A stretch of DNA of 63,494 bases, filler included. It is 7 parts of 7 records of this genome, joined end to end, with 100 filler letters (N's around TTAATTAATTAA, not from the genome) between each part and the next. Parts side by side here need not be neighbours in the genome. Positions count along the whole stretch, not along the records: positions 1 to 13,376 come from DRR378314_1204; positions 13,477 to 19,450 come from DRR378314_1207; positions 19,551 to 25,427 come from DRR378314_1209; 4 more parts are not named here. One strand, given 5' to 3'. Position 1 is the stretch's first letter; every line of letters begins with the position of its first letter. The notes below the pieces were generated by a model that saw only the letters and a program-made list of their open reading frames with translations, searched no databases and had not been told where the DNA came from. Both the position numbers and the translations under genes were made by a program. Shown in pieces: positions 9,429 to 20,931 of this stretch.

Positions 9429-10784
9429 TCAAAGCGTCCGGACAGGGGTTTTTAGTGTTACCAATTCTTCCGACATGGTCGGATGAACTGCAACAGTTTG
9501 GTCGAAATCTTCCTTTGTCGCGCCCATCTTGACGGCAATTCCCGCCAGCTGGATCATCTCGCCCGCACCGGGTGCGACAATATGACAGCCCAGCACCTTG
9601 CGGCTGGCCTGACTTACAATCAGTTTCATCAGCACACGCTGCGCCCGCCCGGCAAAGCTCTGCTGCATCGGCTTGAAGGACGTCGAATAGACCTCGATCG
9701 TTTCCTGTTCTGCCGCCTCTTCTTCGCTTAGGCCGATGGTGCCCATTTCCGGCTGCGTGAAGATCGCAGTGGGGATCAGCTCGTGGTCGGGGCTGGTGGG
9801 ATTGCCGTTGAACACGGTCTCCACGAAGGCCATGCCCTCGCGGATCGCCACCGGGGTCAGGTTGACGCGATCGGTCACGTCGCCGATCGCATAGACCGAC
9901 GGCACTGCCGTCTGACTGTATTGATCTACCTTGATTTCGCCGCCCTTGCCGCGCGCGATGCCCAACTCCTCCAGCCCGAGGTCATCCGCATTCGGGTTGC
10001 GGCCGGTGGCAAACATCACCTGATCGAACAGGCTTTCGTCACCATTGGTGGCCTTGACCCAGATCTGGTCGCCTTCCTTGCGCATCTCCAGCACGTTGGT
10101 GCCGAGTTTCAGGTCGATGCCGGACTGGATCATTTCCTCGGCCACCAGACCGCGCGCTTCCTCGTCAAAGCCGCGCAGGATCTGGGCGCCGCGATAATAC
10201 TGCGTGGTGTCCACCCCAAGGCCGTTCATGATGCCGGCGAACTCGGACGCGATATAGCCGCCCCCCACAATCAGGATACGCTTTGGCAGCGTCTCCAGGT
10301 GGAACATCTCGTTCGAGGTGATCGCCAGCTCGGAGCCCGGGAACTCCGGCACCCAAGGGCGACCGCCGGTGGCGATCAGGATGTGTTTCGCGGTCTTTCG
10401 GGTGCCGTCAGACAGCTCCACCGTGTGGGCATCCGCCAGCTTCGCGCGGGCATCAAAGCTCTCCACGCCGGAGTTTTTCAGCAGGTTGCGATAGATGCCT
10501 TCCAACCGGTCCAGCTCGGTGTTGAGCTTAGTCTTGAAGTGGTCCCAATCGAAGCCCTTGTTCTCAAGGTCCCAGCCATAGGCCCGGCCATCTTCGACCA
10601 TGCCAGCATACTCGGAGGCAAAAACCATCAGCTTTTTCGGCACGCAGCCGCGAATGACGCAGGTGCCGCCATAGCGGTCCTCTTCCGCCAGGGCCACCGA
10701 TGCGCCGCCTGCGGCTGCAACGCGCGCTGCGCGCACCCCACCGGAGCCGCCCCCAATGACAAAAAGATCATAATCAAAGCTCAT
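9429..10784 (-). CDS. gor: Glutathione-disulfide reductase
   Basis: GGGSGG, GGTCVIRGCVPKK redox-active disulfide, HPTMSEE; start at MSFDYDL. Confidence 0.97.
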   Translation of the reverse strand: MSFDYDLFVIGGGSGGVRAARVAAAGGASVALAEEDRYGGTCVIRGCVPKKLMVFASEYAGMVEDGRAYGWDLENKGFDWDHFKTKLNTELDRLEGIYRNLLKNSGVESFDARAKLADAHTVELSDGTRKTAKHILIATGGRPWVPEFPGSELAITSNEMFHLETLPKRILIVGGGYIASEFAGIMNGLGVDTTQYYRGAQILRGFDEEARGLVAEEMIQSGIDLKLGTNVLEMRKEGDQIWVKATNGDESLFDQVMFATGRNPNADDLGLEELGIARGKGGEIKVDQYSQTAVPSVYAIGDVTDRVNLTPVAIREGMAFVETVFNGNPTSPDHELIPTAIFTQPEMGTIGLSEEEAAEQETIEVYSTSFKPMQQSFAGRAQRVLMKLIVSQASRKVLGCHIVAPGAGEMIQLAGIAVKMGATKEDFDQTVAVHPTMSEELVTLKTPVRTL

Positions 10785-10939
10785 AGTCGTCGCCCTTCTT
10801 TGGTCTTGCGCGAGGTATCCCACAGCGCGATGTGAATTGCCAGTGTCGCAAGTGGGGGTGCGACGTGACTTTTCATATGCCTGTCAGGGCTTTTGTCGCA
10901 AAAGCGTGAAGTCCGCGTGAAGAACAGCGCGTACTCAGA

Positions 10940-11437
10940 TCACTCCGTATGCGAATGCACCACAACGTCAAAGCCTTCCTGCGGTGTTGGCGGCGCGAAG
11001 TGCCGGGTGAACTGGTGAAACTGCGCCTCTGTCGCGGCAAAGGCATGGTTGCCAGCAGCATTGCGGCGACGCAACCGGGCCAGGCATGTGTCATCAGATA
11101 CATCGAGCAGATGGAGCTGATGCGCCGCCCCGGTCTGTGTCAGGAGATCCCGCATCCAGGCCCGGGTCGCGACGGTATTGGCGGGAAAATCCAGAACCAC
11201 CGAAACCCCGGCCTCCAACAGCGCCGCCACATGCGGGGCCATGACTGCGCGCAGGCTGGCCGAACAGCGGACATAATCCGCCGGGGAAAACATCTGATCC
11301 GCATAAAGCCCATGAAGCCATGCGTCCTCCGCCAGCAGCACCGTGGCGTCCTGCGCCGCAAGCTGCGCGGCGAGGGTGGATTTTCCGGATGCGATCTTGC
11401 CACACAGCAGGTGCAGCATCGGATGAGACTGAGACAT
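10940..11437 (-). CDS. Small P-loop kinase-like protein (AAA_33 type)
   Basis: Walker A CGKIASGKST, VVLD Walker B, R...R lid. Confidence 0.8.
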   Translation of the reverse strand: MSQSHPMLHLLCGKIASGKSTLAAQLAAQDATVLLAEDAWLHGLYADQMFSPADYVRCSASLRAVMAPHVAALLEAGVSVVLDFPANTVATRAWMRDLLTQTGAAHQLHLLDVSDDTCLARLRRRNAAGNHAFAATEAQFHQFTRHFAPPTPQEGFDVVVHSHTE

Positions 11438-11763
11438 GGCGGCCTTTCAACAGTTGGGCAGGTCCGGCACGACCCGCGCCAAACCACAGCAGAGCGTCCG
11501 ACCCACATAATGTGATGGCGTTGGATTGGCACAGGTCTGATGCGGCGTCCACCTGTTCCCACCCTGTGCAGCGTGAGGCCCACTGTACGCAGTCGGGGGA
11601 TGTGGTGCCCCTGCCGCGACACTTCGGAATGCACCAACGCCGGTCTGACCCCCGCAACAGAATGCCCCGCTCATAGCCACAAGATCACATGCGCCAGCCA
11701 CTTCGCCTGGCCACCTCATCAGTGGGGTTGAACCCCGGTCACCCTTGTCCCACATTGCCCCTT

Positions 11764-11830
11764 GCAGGGACGACCCTGCTCACGGAGCCACCCCGATGGC
11801 GACGTGGTTTGTCACTTCGGGACGACCCGA
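11764..11830 (+). promoter_or_regulatory. Guanidine-II (mini-ykkC) riboswitch
   Basis: Two GC stems capped by ACGA tetraloops, GCAGGG-ACGA-CCCTGC (11764-11779) and TCGGG-ACGA-CCCGA (11817-11830), with a 37-nt linker, just upstream of the SD and ATG of a transporter. Confidence 0.85.
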
Positions 11831-11851
11831 TTACGCAGTATGAGGTCGCCC

Positions 11852-12289
11852 ATGCGCTCCCCCCTTGACCGTATCCGTCATGCCCTGAGTTTTGAGATCA
11901 TCGCGTTGTTGATGGTTATCCCGCTTGGGGCCTATCTGTTTCACCTCCCCATTCATGACATCGGGGCGGTCGGCGTGGTCAGCGCCACGCTCGCGACACT
12001 GTGGAACTTCGTCTACAACTACGCCTTTGATAGCATTCTGAAACGCCGGACGGGCACGACGCTGAAAACCACACCGATACGGGTCTTTCACGCGGTGCTG
12101 TTTGAGGTCGGCCTGCTGCTGGTCCTGATGCCATTTATCGCCTGGTATCTCGGCGTAAGTCTCTGGCAGGCCTTCGTGATGGATGTGTCCTTCGCCCTGT
12201 TCTACATGGCCTATGCCTTTTGCTTCAACTGGGCCTACGACCGGCTGTTTCCCCTGCCGGAGTGGCAGAACGCCCGGCAGAGCAGCTAA
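11852..12289 (+). CDS. PACE (AceI/BTP) family efflux transporter
   Basis: Duplicated R..HA..FE motif (RIRHALSFE, RVFHAVLFE), WNFVYNYAFD and FNWAYD; four TM segments. Confidence 0.93.
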   Translation: MRSPLDRIRHALSFEIIALLMVIPLGAYLFHLPIHDIGAVGVVSATLATLWNFVYNYAFDSILKRRTGTTLKTTPIRVFHAVLFEVGLLLVLMPFIAWYLGVSLWQAFVMDVSFALFYMAYAFCFNWAYDRLFPLPEWQNARQSS

Positions 12290-12349
12290 GGAGCAGGCGC
12301 GCCCCCCTCTTCGTGCGCGCCCGGCACGGCGGGCCAGGGACTGGCGCGC

Positions 12350-13138
12350 CTACTCGCTCAGGTCGGTGAACAGGTTCTCATCATCAACGAAGTCGATGCG
12401 ATCAGTCTCCACCGTGCCCTCGTTGATGTCGCGCACCTCCACCTTGCCGTCACCATTGCCGATCACCACCGTATCGCAGATGTCGATGAACAGCCCGTTC
12501 TCCACCACGCCGGGGATCTGGTTGATCACCAGCGCCAACTGACGCGGATTACCGATACGGGTCAGATGCAGATCGAGGATGTGATTGCCCTCATCCGTGA
12601 CATAGGGGCTGGCACCATTCATCCGCAGGGTGGAGGTCCGGCCCATCACATCCATCGAGATCAGCGTTTCCTCGACCAGGGCCTGTGTGGTCTGCCAGCC
12701 GAAGGGGATAACCTCGATCGGCAACGGAAAGGCCCCCAGTGTTGCCACCTCCTTGGCCTTGTCGGCGATCACAACCATCTGGTCCGAGGCGGTGGCCACA
12801 ATCTTCTCGTGCAGCAGCGCGCCACCACCTCCCTTGATCAGGTTCAGATCGCTGTCAAATTCATCCGCCCCATCGATGGTCAGATCGAGCCATTTGGCCT
12901 CATCCAGAGTGATCACCTCGATGCCAACTTCACGCGCCAGCGCGGCTGTGCGGGCAGAGGTGGGCACGCCGGTGATCTTCAAACCGTCCTCGCGCACCAT
13001 CTCGCCAAGACAGCGCACCAGCCAGGCGGCCGTGGACCCGGTCCCAAGCCCCACGCGCATGCCGTCCTCGACCATTTCAGCGGCGCGTTTGGCGGCCACG
13101 AACTTGGCCTTGTCGATAGGGGAAAGCTCTCCGCTCAT
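12350..13138 (-). CDS. rpiA: Ribose-5-phosphate isomerase A
   Basis: GLGTGST, DGADE, KGGGGALLHEKIV and GVVENGLF motifs. Confidence 0.97.
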   Translation of the reverse strand: MSGELSPIDKAKFVAAKRAAEMVEDGMRVGLGTGSTAAWLVRCLGEMVREDGLKITGVPTSARTAALAREVGIEVITLDEAKWLDLTIDGADEFDSDLNLIKGGGGALLHEKIVATASDQMVVIADKAKEVATLGAFPLPIEVIPFGWQTTQALVEETLISMDVMGRTSTLRMNGASPYVTDEGNHILDLHLTRIGNPRQLALVINQIPGVVENGLFIDICDTVVIGNGDGKVEVRDINEGTVETDRIDFVDDENLFTDLSE

Positions 13139-13376
13139 GATCTCGTGACCTCCGTGTGTTTGAATTGGACGATGACTGCACTCACCGATTTTGCAAGAGG
13201 TATAGGCCGATTGTCCGCCCTCTGCGAGGAACGAAGTGGCAGCCGACATGCGCATCGCCTCTAGGGCACGCGCTGCGATCCACGCCTGCCAACGCATCGG
13301 AACGCACCGTTGCGAGGTTCCCCAAGCGCCGCGCGCCATAGGCGCGCGGCGCGGGTCGTTTCGGGCCTTGCCCGAA

Positions 13377-13476
13377 NNNNNNNNNNNNNNNNNNNNNNNN
13401 NNNNNNNNNNNNNNNNNNNNTTAATTAATTAANNNNNNNNNNNNNNNNNNNNNNNNNNNNNNNNNNNNNNNNNNNN
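13377..13476. other. Artificial contig spacer (N44-TTAATTAATTAA-N44); also at 19451-19550, 25428-25527, 39867-39966, 47078-47177 and 57953-58052
   Basis: Identical 100-nt linker with stop codons in all six frames. Confidence 0.99.
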
Positions 13477-13570
13477 TGTTTGTTTGCTTGCTTGCTTGTT
13501 TGTTTGCTTCCTCTCACTGCTCGCTTTGTCCTGCGACGCCGTACTTTTTTTTTCTTCTCTTTCCATGCAG

Positions 13571-14874
13571 TACTCGTGGAGCGCTGGAGTGTGTATCATG
13601 ATGCACGAGAGCGCCTCCTTAGAAAATTGTTGCGCCAGAGTGCGCCTTTTGTGTTCCTCAGTGGTGACATTCACATTGGCGAGCTCTCGGAGATGCAGTG
13701 CGGAAGCAGGCGCGTGGTCGAGGCGACGTCGTCCGGGATGACGCACAGGTGGGAAGCGGTTCGCGGCTTGCGTTGTACGATGCACTTCTGGTGAATCTAC
13801 CGCGTTTTTGTGTGTGCGCGCGCAAAACAGAAGAACAAGAGCCGAAGAACATATTACTTCCTCGCTCCGGGCGCCTCTGCTACTTGTGCAGCCGTGCACT
13901 GTCGCCGCGATGGAAAGTGCTACGCGTTTCCCTCCCATGCACATGCTCGAGCGGCGATGATGTCGAAGGCGCATACAAAGTAGCCTTTTGCTCTTGTTTC
14001 TTTTCAAGATCTTGGCACGTCTGTCTAGCTAGTGTATTCGATTTAATTTTGTGGTGTGAGATTGCATTTTGTTTGCAAAGGTACAAATGTCTAGGTGATG
14101 CTTAGACGGTAGCTGCATTGGATGGCTGTCGCGCGCAGGCTCGCAGAGGGTCGCTGCTGCCTCCACATTATTCTGTACGCTAGGCGCTCTGGAGTGCGTC
14201 CTCCAGGCGTTCAGTGGGCGGTCGTTGCGTGGCATAGTCGAGATATGACTTTGTTCGGTACGCATTGGATATAGTTGTACGAGCAGTGGCTTGCATAGAC
14301 TCTTCACGTCTTTTGCTGGGGGATGTGCATTTTATTCTCTGCATGCGACTGCCGATTCGGGCTTCGTGAAGGGTTCTAGGCGCATGCTTAGCACATGCCG
14401 TACGCAGCGGACGCGTTTGCGAGTCGAACGCCTTTCGCACTCGATGTGTAGATCACCCAAAACTAAGAAACAGCACAACCGGTCGAATCTACTGTCGGTG
14501 CACTCTTTTGTAGCTGGGGCAACATATTTGGGCGCATGTGGCCGTATCTGGAGATGCTGATTCCGTGTGAGATGCGGCGAGGCGCGCGTTTCGGCGGCCT
14601 CAACTACGGCCTGTTGCACATTGACTGGGAGCGGCAAGAGATGGACGTCGAAATCAAGGGAATCGGAGTTTACGGAGAATCGCCTGTTCGCATACGCGTT
14701 CCGTTTGCACAAGGTGCGGGTGGCGCACGATGGACCGCACTCGTTGAGGATCGACAGCACGGTGCGATTGAGCAGTCTGGCCTGCTTATCGCGCTGTTTG
14801 CACCGCTAGATTCGAGCGCGCGGTGCTCGTTTTGCGTCGGAGCGCCGCTTCCAGGCAAGAGGGTATTGTGGTAG
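13571..14874 (+). CDS. PhoD-like alkaline phosphatase D, 3' exons (5' truncated); exons about 13571-13748 and 14514-14874
   Basis: ERW...RERL, FLSGDIHIGE, EATSSGMTH|SW and NYGLLHIDW; GT-AG intron keeps the frame; 3' end uncertain. Confidence 0.75.
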
Positions 14875-15554
14875 TTGGGTATTTGCGCGCCTGATTGCTA
14901 TGTCCTTTTGTCTGTACGCTAATATAGTGATGTGCGTGCGTTTGGCGTTTGCTGGATGCCTTGTTCAACTCTTTGCTGTGCTGTGCAGCTGGCGGGGAAC
15001 CGGAAGGAGTACTGGGATGCGTTCCTTCGCCAGACACTGCGTTGTGGGAGCGCGCGTTCCCGCGTGTGTTTCTCGCTCTTGTTTGCTTAGGGCCTCTTTA
15101 TGCAATCATTCGGGTTTCTTATGCAATTCTTTCGAGTATGAAGCGCGGAAAAGCGAAGCTATCATAATTCTCGTGTTGCGCTATGCGCGCAGGTAGACGG
15201 GAAGTGGGCATGCGCGAATTGATTTGAAGTGCGGGTCTCGGGCGCGCGCTTGGGTGAGAGTTACTCGAGTGTGCGTCTTCCGCGGTTCGGTTGAGCAGGC
15301 CGTCGTGCATGGTCCCACGTTGGGTGCTACATCATTCGATTATTGATATATGCAAGTGAGTTTGGAATAAAATTTGCGCGATGGGGAACGAAGGAACACC
15401 CGTTGCGGATGGTTGCTCGGGCAGGAGGGAGCCCACGCGGTGACTGGGTGGAATACTTCGCTGTGTCTCTCGCGACCAGTCCCTGCGCCGATGGTTGTCC
15501 CGATTTGGCACAGGACTGTTGTAGTGTCTTCCAAGGTTGCTTTATCGATTCGAT

Positions 15555-18158
15555 TTATTTCCTACCGATATGCTCGTCACTTTGTCGGGTCTTTTTCTGC
15601 AGGCGACGGTTCTGCCACGACGTTCTGTCACGCTCGCGGCGCCGAACATCTCGGAGAGGCTGCGGCGGGGCGTGGACCCAGCCGTCGACCTCGCGCTGCA
15701 GAAACGTCCCCGCCAGCCGAGGTTTTCGCAGCCCGCCGTTCACCTGTTAGAGGAAAGTTCTTACTGCATCATGAAGATACGCATGGTTGCATCATCTCCC
15801 GGGGCGAAATAGCGGATTTAGCATCGCGGCGAACGTTGAAGGCGCTGTCGCACCTCGTAGGATTCCTAAAGTTCAGTGCGATCTGGAGGTTTCATTCGTG
15901 CAACTCTCCGACGGAATGCGCACATGCTGCCTTTGTCGCCGAGCGATGGGGCAAGAGTTTCGGGGAAATGCGATTAGATCGTTTGTGTAGAGGATGGGTA
16001 GTGATTTAAACTGTGCAACGTACGCGCTGGGCATCATTTCGGGCGAGCTTGTCGAACCAGTCGCGCCGAAGCGCTCTCCGCTCGTCGTCGGGCATCGCAC
16101 CGCGCAGCTGCAGATTGCACATCGCGAGCCACAAGCGAGGCAACCCGCTTTTAAGCGAAAAGTTTCAGAGGCACACAAAATTCCATATATTTTGTTCTCA
16201 AACATGCGGTTTTAACGACAGTGGAAAGAACGCGTGTTGCTTGGCAAAGTGAGGTGAGCTACGGCGGATGTGCAGTGCGAGCAGCGCGCAGCGCCAGGCG
16301 GGATCGCAGTGCGCGGCAGGAAATGGCGTACCGAGGGGTCCAGGCGGAATACGTTTTGTAGGACGAGAGCGGTAGCGACGCTTAGGTTGTACGACTCAGT
16401 AAAACCATACATCTGGAGGTACACGCGCCGGTCGGCAGCTTGGAGCATTTCCTGCGAACGGCATACGCATGTGGCATCGGCGTGCTTGCTGGGTACGCTG
16501 CCCGCCTCCTCGCGCGTGTTTCTACTCGCACGTGGAAGAAGTCCTCAAGCGCTTGGGCAGAACGAGTGGAAAAGGCACGTCATTTCTGGAGAGCACAAGG
16601 GAAAAATTTGGACTACACCACATGCACACATAGTTTTCCATGCAGCGGCCGCTGTGTCTCTCGCACGGGCGTGCTCAGTGGGCAACGCTGGATACACGTA
16701 GGCGAGGTTGATGATTCCCGTACCTCGCTCAGACCGTCCGTTTCGCGTCCGAATGCGATGGCAAGCCTTGTAGGGATGTCGCGCGCACCGACTTCGGTAT
16801 CGAGGCACAGCGCGAATTGGCTGCAGAGCGCGTTGGTACGACGAAGATGACAATTGGTTTCGATGAGCTGCGTCGTATCCGTGGAAGAGCTGTACGGTGG
16901 ATGGAACGCTGCCGCAGCTCGTACCTGAGATCGGTAGCCCACAATTCGTAGCGCTCCTTCCGGAGAGCGGTCAACACGTCGCCGGTCGAGGCAAACTCCC
17001 GAATCGTCAGCCACTCGCTGCTCTGCCGGCTGATACGTGATTTGTGTCCATTTTTGAGTCGTGTCTGATCGGCCAAAACGATCCAAACGTGCTGCACGCT
17101 GCACCAGAGCAGTCGCCACCATAGCGCGGACCTTGTACAGTGAGCACGCAGGGAAAGCGACACCGGCGGTGACACGCCTCGTGGTGGCTGTCGTGCGCTG
17201 GTAGTTCGGCACTCTTTCTTTTTCTTTCTATCAGGTACGCACCCAAGACATTCTGCTGTCCGCAGAATTGCGTGGTGATTATGAACATCGTACGACTGCT
17301 CAATGACGAGAATCACCCGAGATGTGCGTGCGCGAAGCACGGTTTCCGCACGCCGGAAGCGATACGGCGCACTCTGCAGTAGGGGCAAGGTCGAGAAGCA
17401 CGCGCGCAGGTCCGACACTGCGAACTCAAACAGGCCGTACGAAAGCAAAAAAGAAAAAAGAGAGGCTTTCGTAGAAGAAATGGAGTTGACTGTACCATTT
17501 CTACGCGCCCCCATACCGGCAGCAGCCATGCGTGCTCCTGTTTCGAGACGCGCAGGAGCAGTCGCACGCGGCTTGCGCAGCACACTGGTGCATGGGTTGG
17601 CGCGTGCGTCGAAAAGCAGCGTACCGACTCATCGTCATCGTCATCATAATCAGTACGCGCCTCTGCCGCTACGCGGTCGCGATAGGTTCGCTCACCGAAA
17701 TGATGCCTTCTTGACCGGAAGTGCGCCTGCATGGCGTCGACTGTTGCAACGGCAACATCACAGAGAGGGCACTCGTACGGCGGGCTGCCGGCGGTGAGCT
17801 CGTCGAGTGTCGGTACGCGAGGAGCTGCTTGCGCACGAGGTAGGCACGTTTCCGCTCACGTGAGCTCGCCATCGCGCCCAGGCTCCTCATGTATGCAATG
17901 GAGGATGACATGCTTGTGAAGTGCACGTCAAGAATCTTTTTGCAGAATGACGGCGGCGGAGAGAGCTGCGAGGCACGCACGCTAGAGGCAAGCAAGCGAG
18001 TGCGGTGCCTGCTTGGTGGGCGCACCTTGCTGTGTGCACGCTGCACCGCTCGCAGCCGTGGCAGTCGCACACTGTCGCCTCCAAGCAAGCCAGGTTATCA
18101 CCGCGGTACCTGCAGCAGCAAGAGCGACGGCATACGGGGCCACGGCATCGCGGGCCAT
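15555..18158 (-). CDS. SpoU/TrmH-family 2'-O-methyltransferase with N-terminal TM and C2H2 zinc finger (8 exons, about 359 aa)
   Basis: Exons 18158-18026, 17824-17625, 17373-17243, 17098-16925, 16820-16724, 16451-16332, 16107-16024, 15695-15555, all GT-AG with matching phases; HNHHAILRTAECLG, FGRETDGLS and MYGFTESYNLSVA SPOUT motifs. Confidence 0.85.
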
Positions 18159-18424
18159 TTCCTTCGGCTCGGAGCGCGCAAATGCCACTTGCTCTTGCGG
18201 GGGTGTGTGCATGCGCGCGCAGCACGTAGGCGCAGCGCTGCGCGAGCATGTTGTTCTCTTTGTATCATACAGCAGAATATGCGCCGCCGTTGTGCGAGGG
18301 CGTGTCAGCGTTCCGTTGGCGCACCGCATCACCTCTGGCGTTGGAGAAGGCGGTAGCGGAGGGCACGCGTCGCTTCGCCTAGAGCGCACAGCAATAACGG
18401 CACGGGTAGTAGTTGGAGCATAAG

Positions 18425-19450
18425 ATGACGTCTTCTTGTGCGTGGTTACGTCCCTGTATATGTGAGATGCCGGGGTCGTTAGATCCGCACGGGCAGCGAG
18501 AAAGAGTGTACTCGTTTATTGGCTGGGAGGAGAGCGATCCCCGCTCAGGGCCGCGTGCGCATGCGGTGCGCCTCAACGCGCTATTCTCGCACCATTCGTC
18601 GCACTATTGACTGATCGATTGTTTCCTTCATGTATACACCGATGTTTAATTCTTCTGCGGCTACCAGTTCATTGTATGCGCATTTGCGCATGCTTTCGCG
18701 AGGTTGGCGTTTACCCACAGCCCGCAGCGGGCGGTTTCGCCGAGTGTCGCTGTTCCGGAGCGGTACTCTTGCAATGCGTTTGTTTCTCCAGCGATGCAAC
18801 GACGGCGAGAAGCTCCACCGGAGCACATGGGGTGTATTTGGTGGAAACCATGGCGTGCTGGACGGACACGGTGGAGTTGGAAAAGGCAGCGTTTGGCTCC
18901 CATCCCATTCTCTCGTGCCAAACGGCTCGTGGCAAGCGAAGCCGCCGTCCACTGTTCGCCTGCGTGCTGGACTTGGCTTTTTCTTCTTGCGGCGCAAAGC
19001 ACTCGTATGTGCTCCCGCGCAAGTTGTGCGTCTGCGTCGCGATTCTTTTGGACTAGAGGAATTTTTTCTTTCCCGGAGAGCGTTGTTCCTGTGCATCATA
19101 GTGGTGAGAATACAGGTTCTTCTTTCGTCAGGGCCCAGACTGTCACCGCGAGCTATGCGCACGTGACTAACGACAAGCGCACCACGAGGACGAAGCTCGC
19201 GCAAGGTGCTCCGTTTGCCGCTCGGTATCTCTGCATTCTTTCTTTTATCGAGGCTGGTGCTTGAAATCCTTCGGCCTCAGGCTGAAGGCGCTTTTTGATC
19301 GCTGTCGCTTGTGCATGTCGTGCGAGGAAACGGCAGGTGCGGACGGCTGCTGCAGCGGTTGCAGGTGTGCGGCGCAGCCCTGTGCGCGCAGCTTCGCACC
19401 GGCTTCCGCTCTCTCGCCCTGCAATGCAGGGCTACCTCTCCCCTAGCGCG
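18425..19450 (+). CDS. Possible 5' exons of a divergent gene, weakly PP2C-like (3' truncated)
   Basis: ATG at 18425, donor GTGCGC, next exon contains GVLDGHGG resembling the PP2C DGHGG motif; model unresolved. Confidence 0.25.
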
Positions 19451-20099
19451 NNNNNNNNNNNNNNNNNNNNNNNNNNNNNNNNNNNNNNNNNNNNTTAATT
19501 AATTAANNNNNNNNNNNNNNNNNNNNNNNNNNNNNNNNNNNNNNNNNNNNCTCTCTCTCTCTCTCTCTCGCTGTGAACCTCTCCATTTCCTCCCTTTATC
19601 GTCAACACCACCCGGATTCATGGCTACAGCTTGAACGCACAGCTGATGAGATGATACACCGTATAGATGTAGGACTCATTGACTCCGCTGGGTAAAAATT
19701 TCTTGTCATACTTCTATCGCGATATTTTTTTGTGGCAGTTTGCATCGCGAAATCGCTGCAGGTCGAAGCTGCAATTCCCTATTGGTCGATTCGCGCTCTC
19801 CGCAATGCGGGTTGTACTCCTTTGGCATTTGTTTGTGGTGTCAAGTCTGTATTGGCTGTCTCGCACTGTTTGCTGCGCGGTGGGAGTTCGCTGGCTTTCG
19901 TAGCTGTTGTCGAGTCCGCGTCCGTTACGTCGCTCTCTGTTTCCTGCTCTTGTAAAGCTTCTCAGGCTCTCGCTCGAGAAGTCCCTATTCGCTTCCTTTG
20001 CCAACCCCGCAACGCCCTCATACCCTTCTTCGTCGCGTATGCTGTGCTGGATGCGCTTTTGATTGGCACCGCTTCGTCTGTTCTTTTCCTCTGCGAAAG

Positions 20100-20931
20100 G
20101 AGCGGGCGACGATCGCGTAGGTCCCGACCTGCAGATTCTGAGGAACTACACGAACGCTGTACTTGGGGAACTAGGTGTAGGTGAGTTGTCCCTCATCGCG
20201 CAGCGCGCGCTCCATCGCCTCCTGCCGCTGCGACGGCGCTGGAACGACCCTAAACTGTATCTGGACGGTATTTCATAAGGGAATGAAACATTTATATGCC
20301 TCGAAACCCCGTGGGGCATGCTGCATGTACACAGTCACGTGTTCAGGCGAATGGGGGCGTCTCTTTCTTTCCCGGTTTTCGCTTTCGCCGATAGAATATC
20401 GATTGCTGCGCTCCTGTCGAGACTGGGCTAGACTTTCGTATTCGCCGGAGAAAAAATCGTATTGTGGTTTTCTCATGCATTTTTGCCTGGTGGACCTCTT
20501 TGCATGCTCATTGGTAAATTTTCACACGATCTCCTGTGTCTCGCAGCGGAAATGGTGTCCGTCACCGATGAGTATCTGGAGGAAGTCTGCCGTTACGGCG
20601 GCTGTGAGCTGCACACGATTGCTTCGTTCATGGGAGGGATTACCGCCCAGGAGGTGATCAAATCTCTGACCAGACAATACACTCCGATGAACAATACGTT
20701 TGTGTACGTTGTTGCTGTTGTATTCGGAAGGCGTGGTCATCTTGAGCGATGCACGAAACGGGCCCGCATGTGTGGACCGAGTGCTGGTGGACTGCACTGC
20801 GTCCGAGGTGCCGGATTCCCCTTCTGCCATGCGTATTGTTCGGCACTTATCGGAACGTGATGTTGCGGTTTCTGTTCGTTTTTCTTAGATACAATGGCAT
20901 ATCGTCGGTATCAGCAACATTCGAAGCGTAA
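20100..20931 (+). CDS. NAE1: NEDD8-activating enzyme E1 regulatory subunit (NAE1/APP-BP1/Ula1), last exons
   Basis: [49 protein letters not shown] matches the conserved NAE1 C-terminus; exons about 20100-20180, 20548-20703, 20889-20931. Confidence 0.9.

Noticed and set aside
5351-10835. Long plus-strand ORFs (5351-6883, 7265-8296, 8428-9486, 9783-10835)
   Set aside because: Antisense shadows of degP, hflC, hflK and gor, expected in high-GC coding DNA
13421-13432. Recurring TTAATTAATTAA motif as a biological repeat
   Set aside because: Always centred in 100-nt N spacers; it is a six-frame-stop concatenation linker
13377-13476. Bacterium-to-eukaryote gene transfer or endosymbiont insertion at the junctions
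   Set aside because: The junctions are artificial spacers, so there is no evidence of physical linkage
17825-18025. Apparent in-frame TGAs upstream of the zinc-finger exon suggesting stop-codon reassignment
   Set aside because: A GT-AG intron (18025-17825) removes them cleanly; other genes use TAA, TAG and TGA as normal stops
19551-19569. (CT)n and other simple repeats at contig ends
   Set aside because: Ordinary microsatellites that explain assembly breaks
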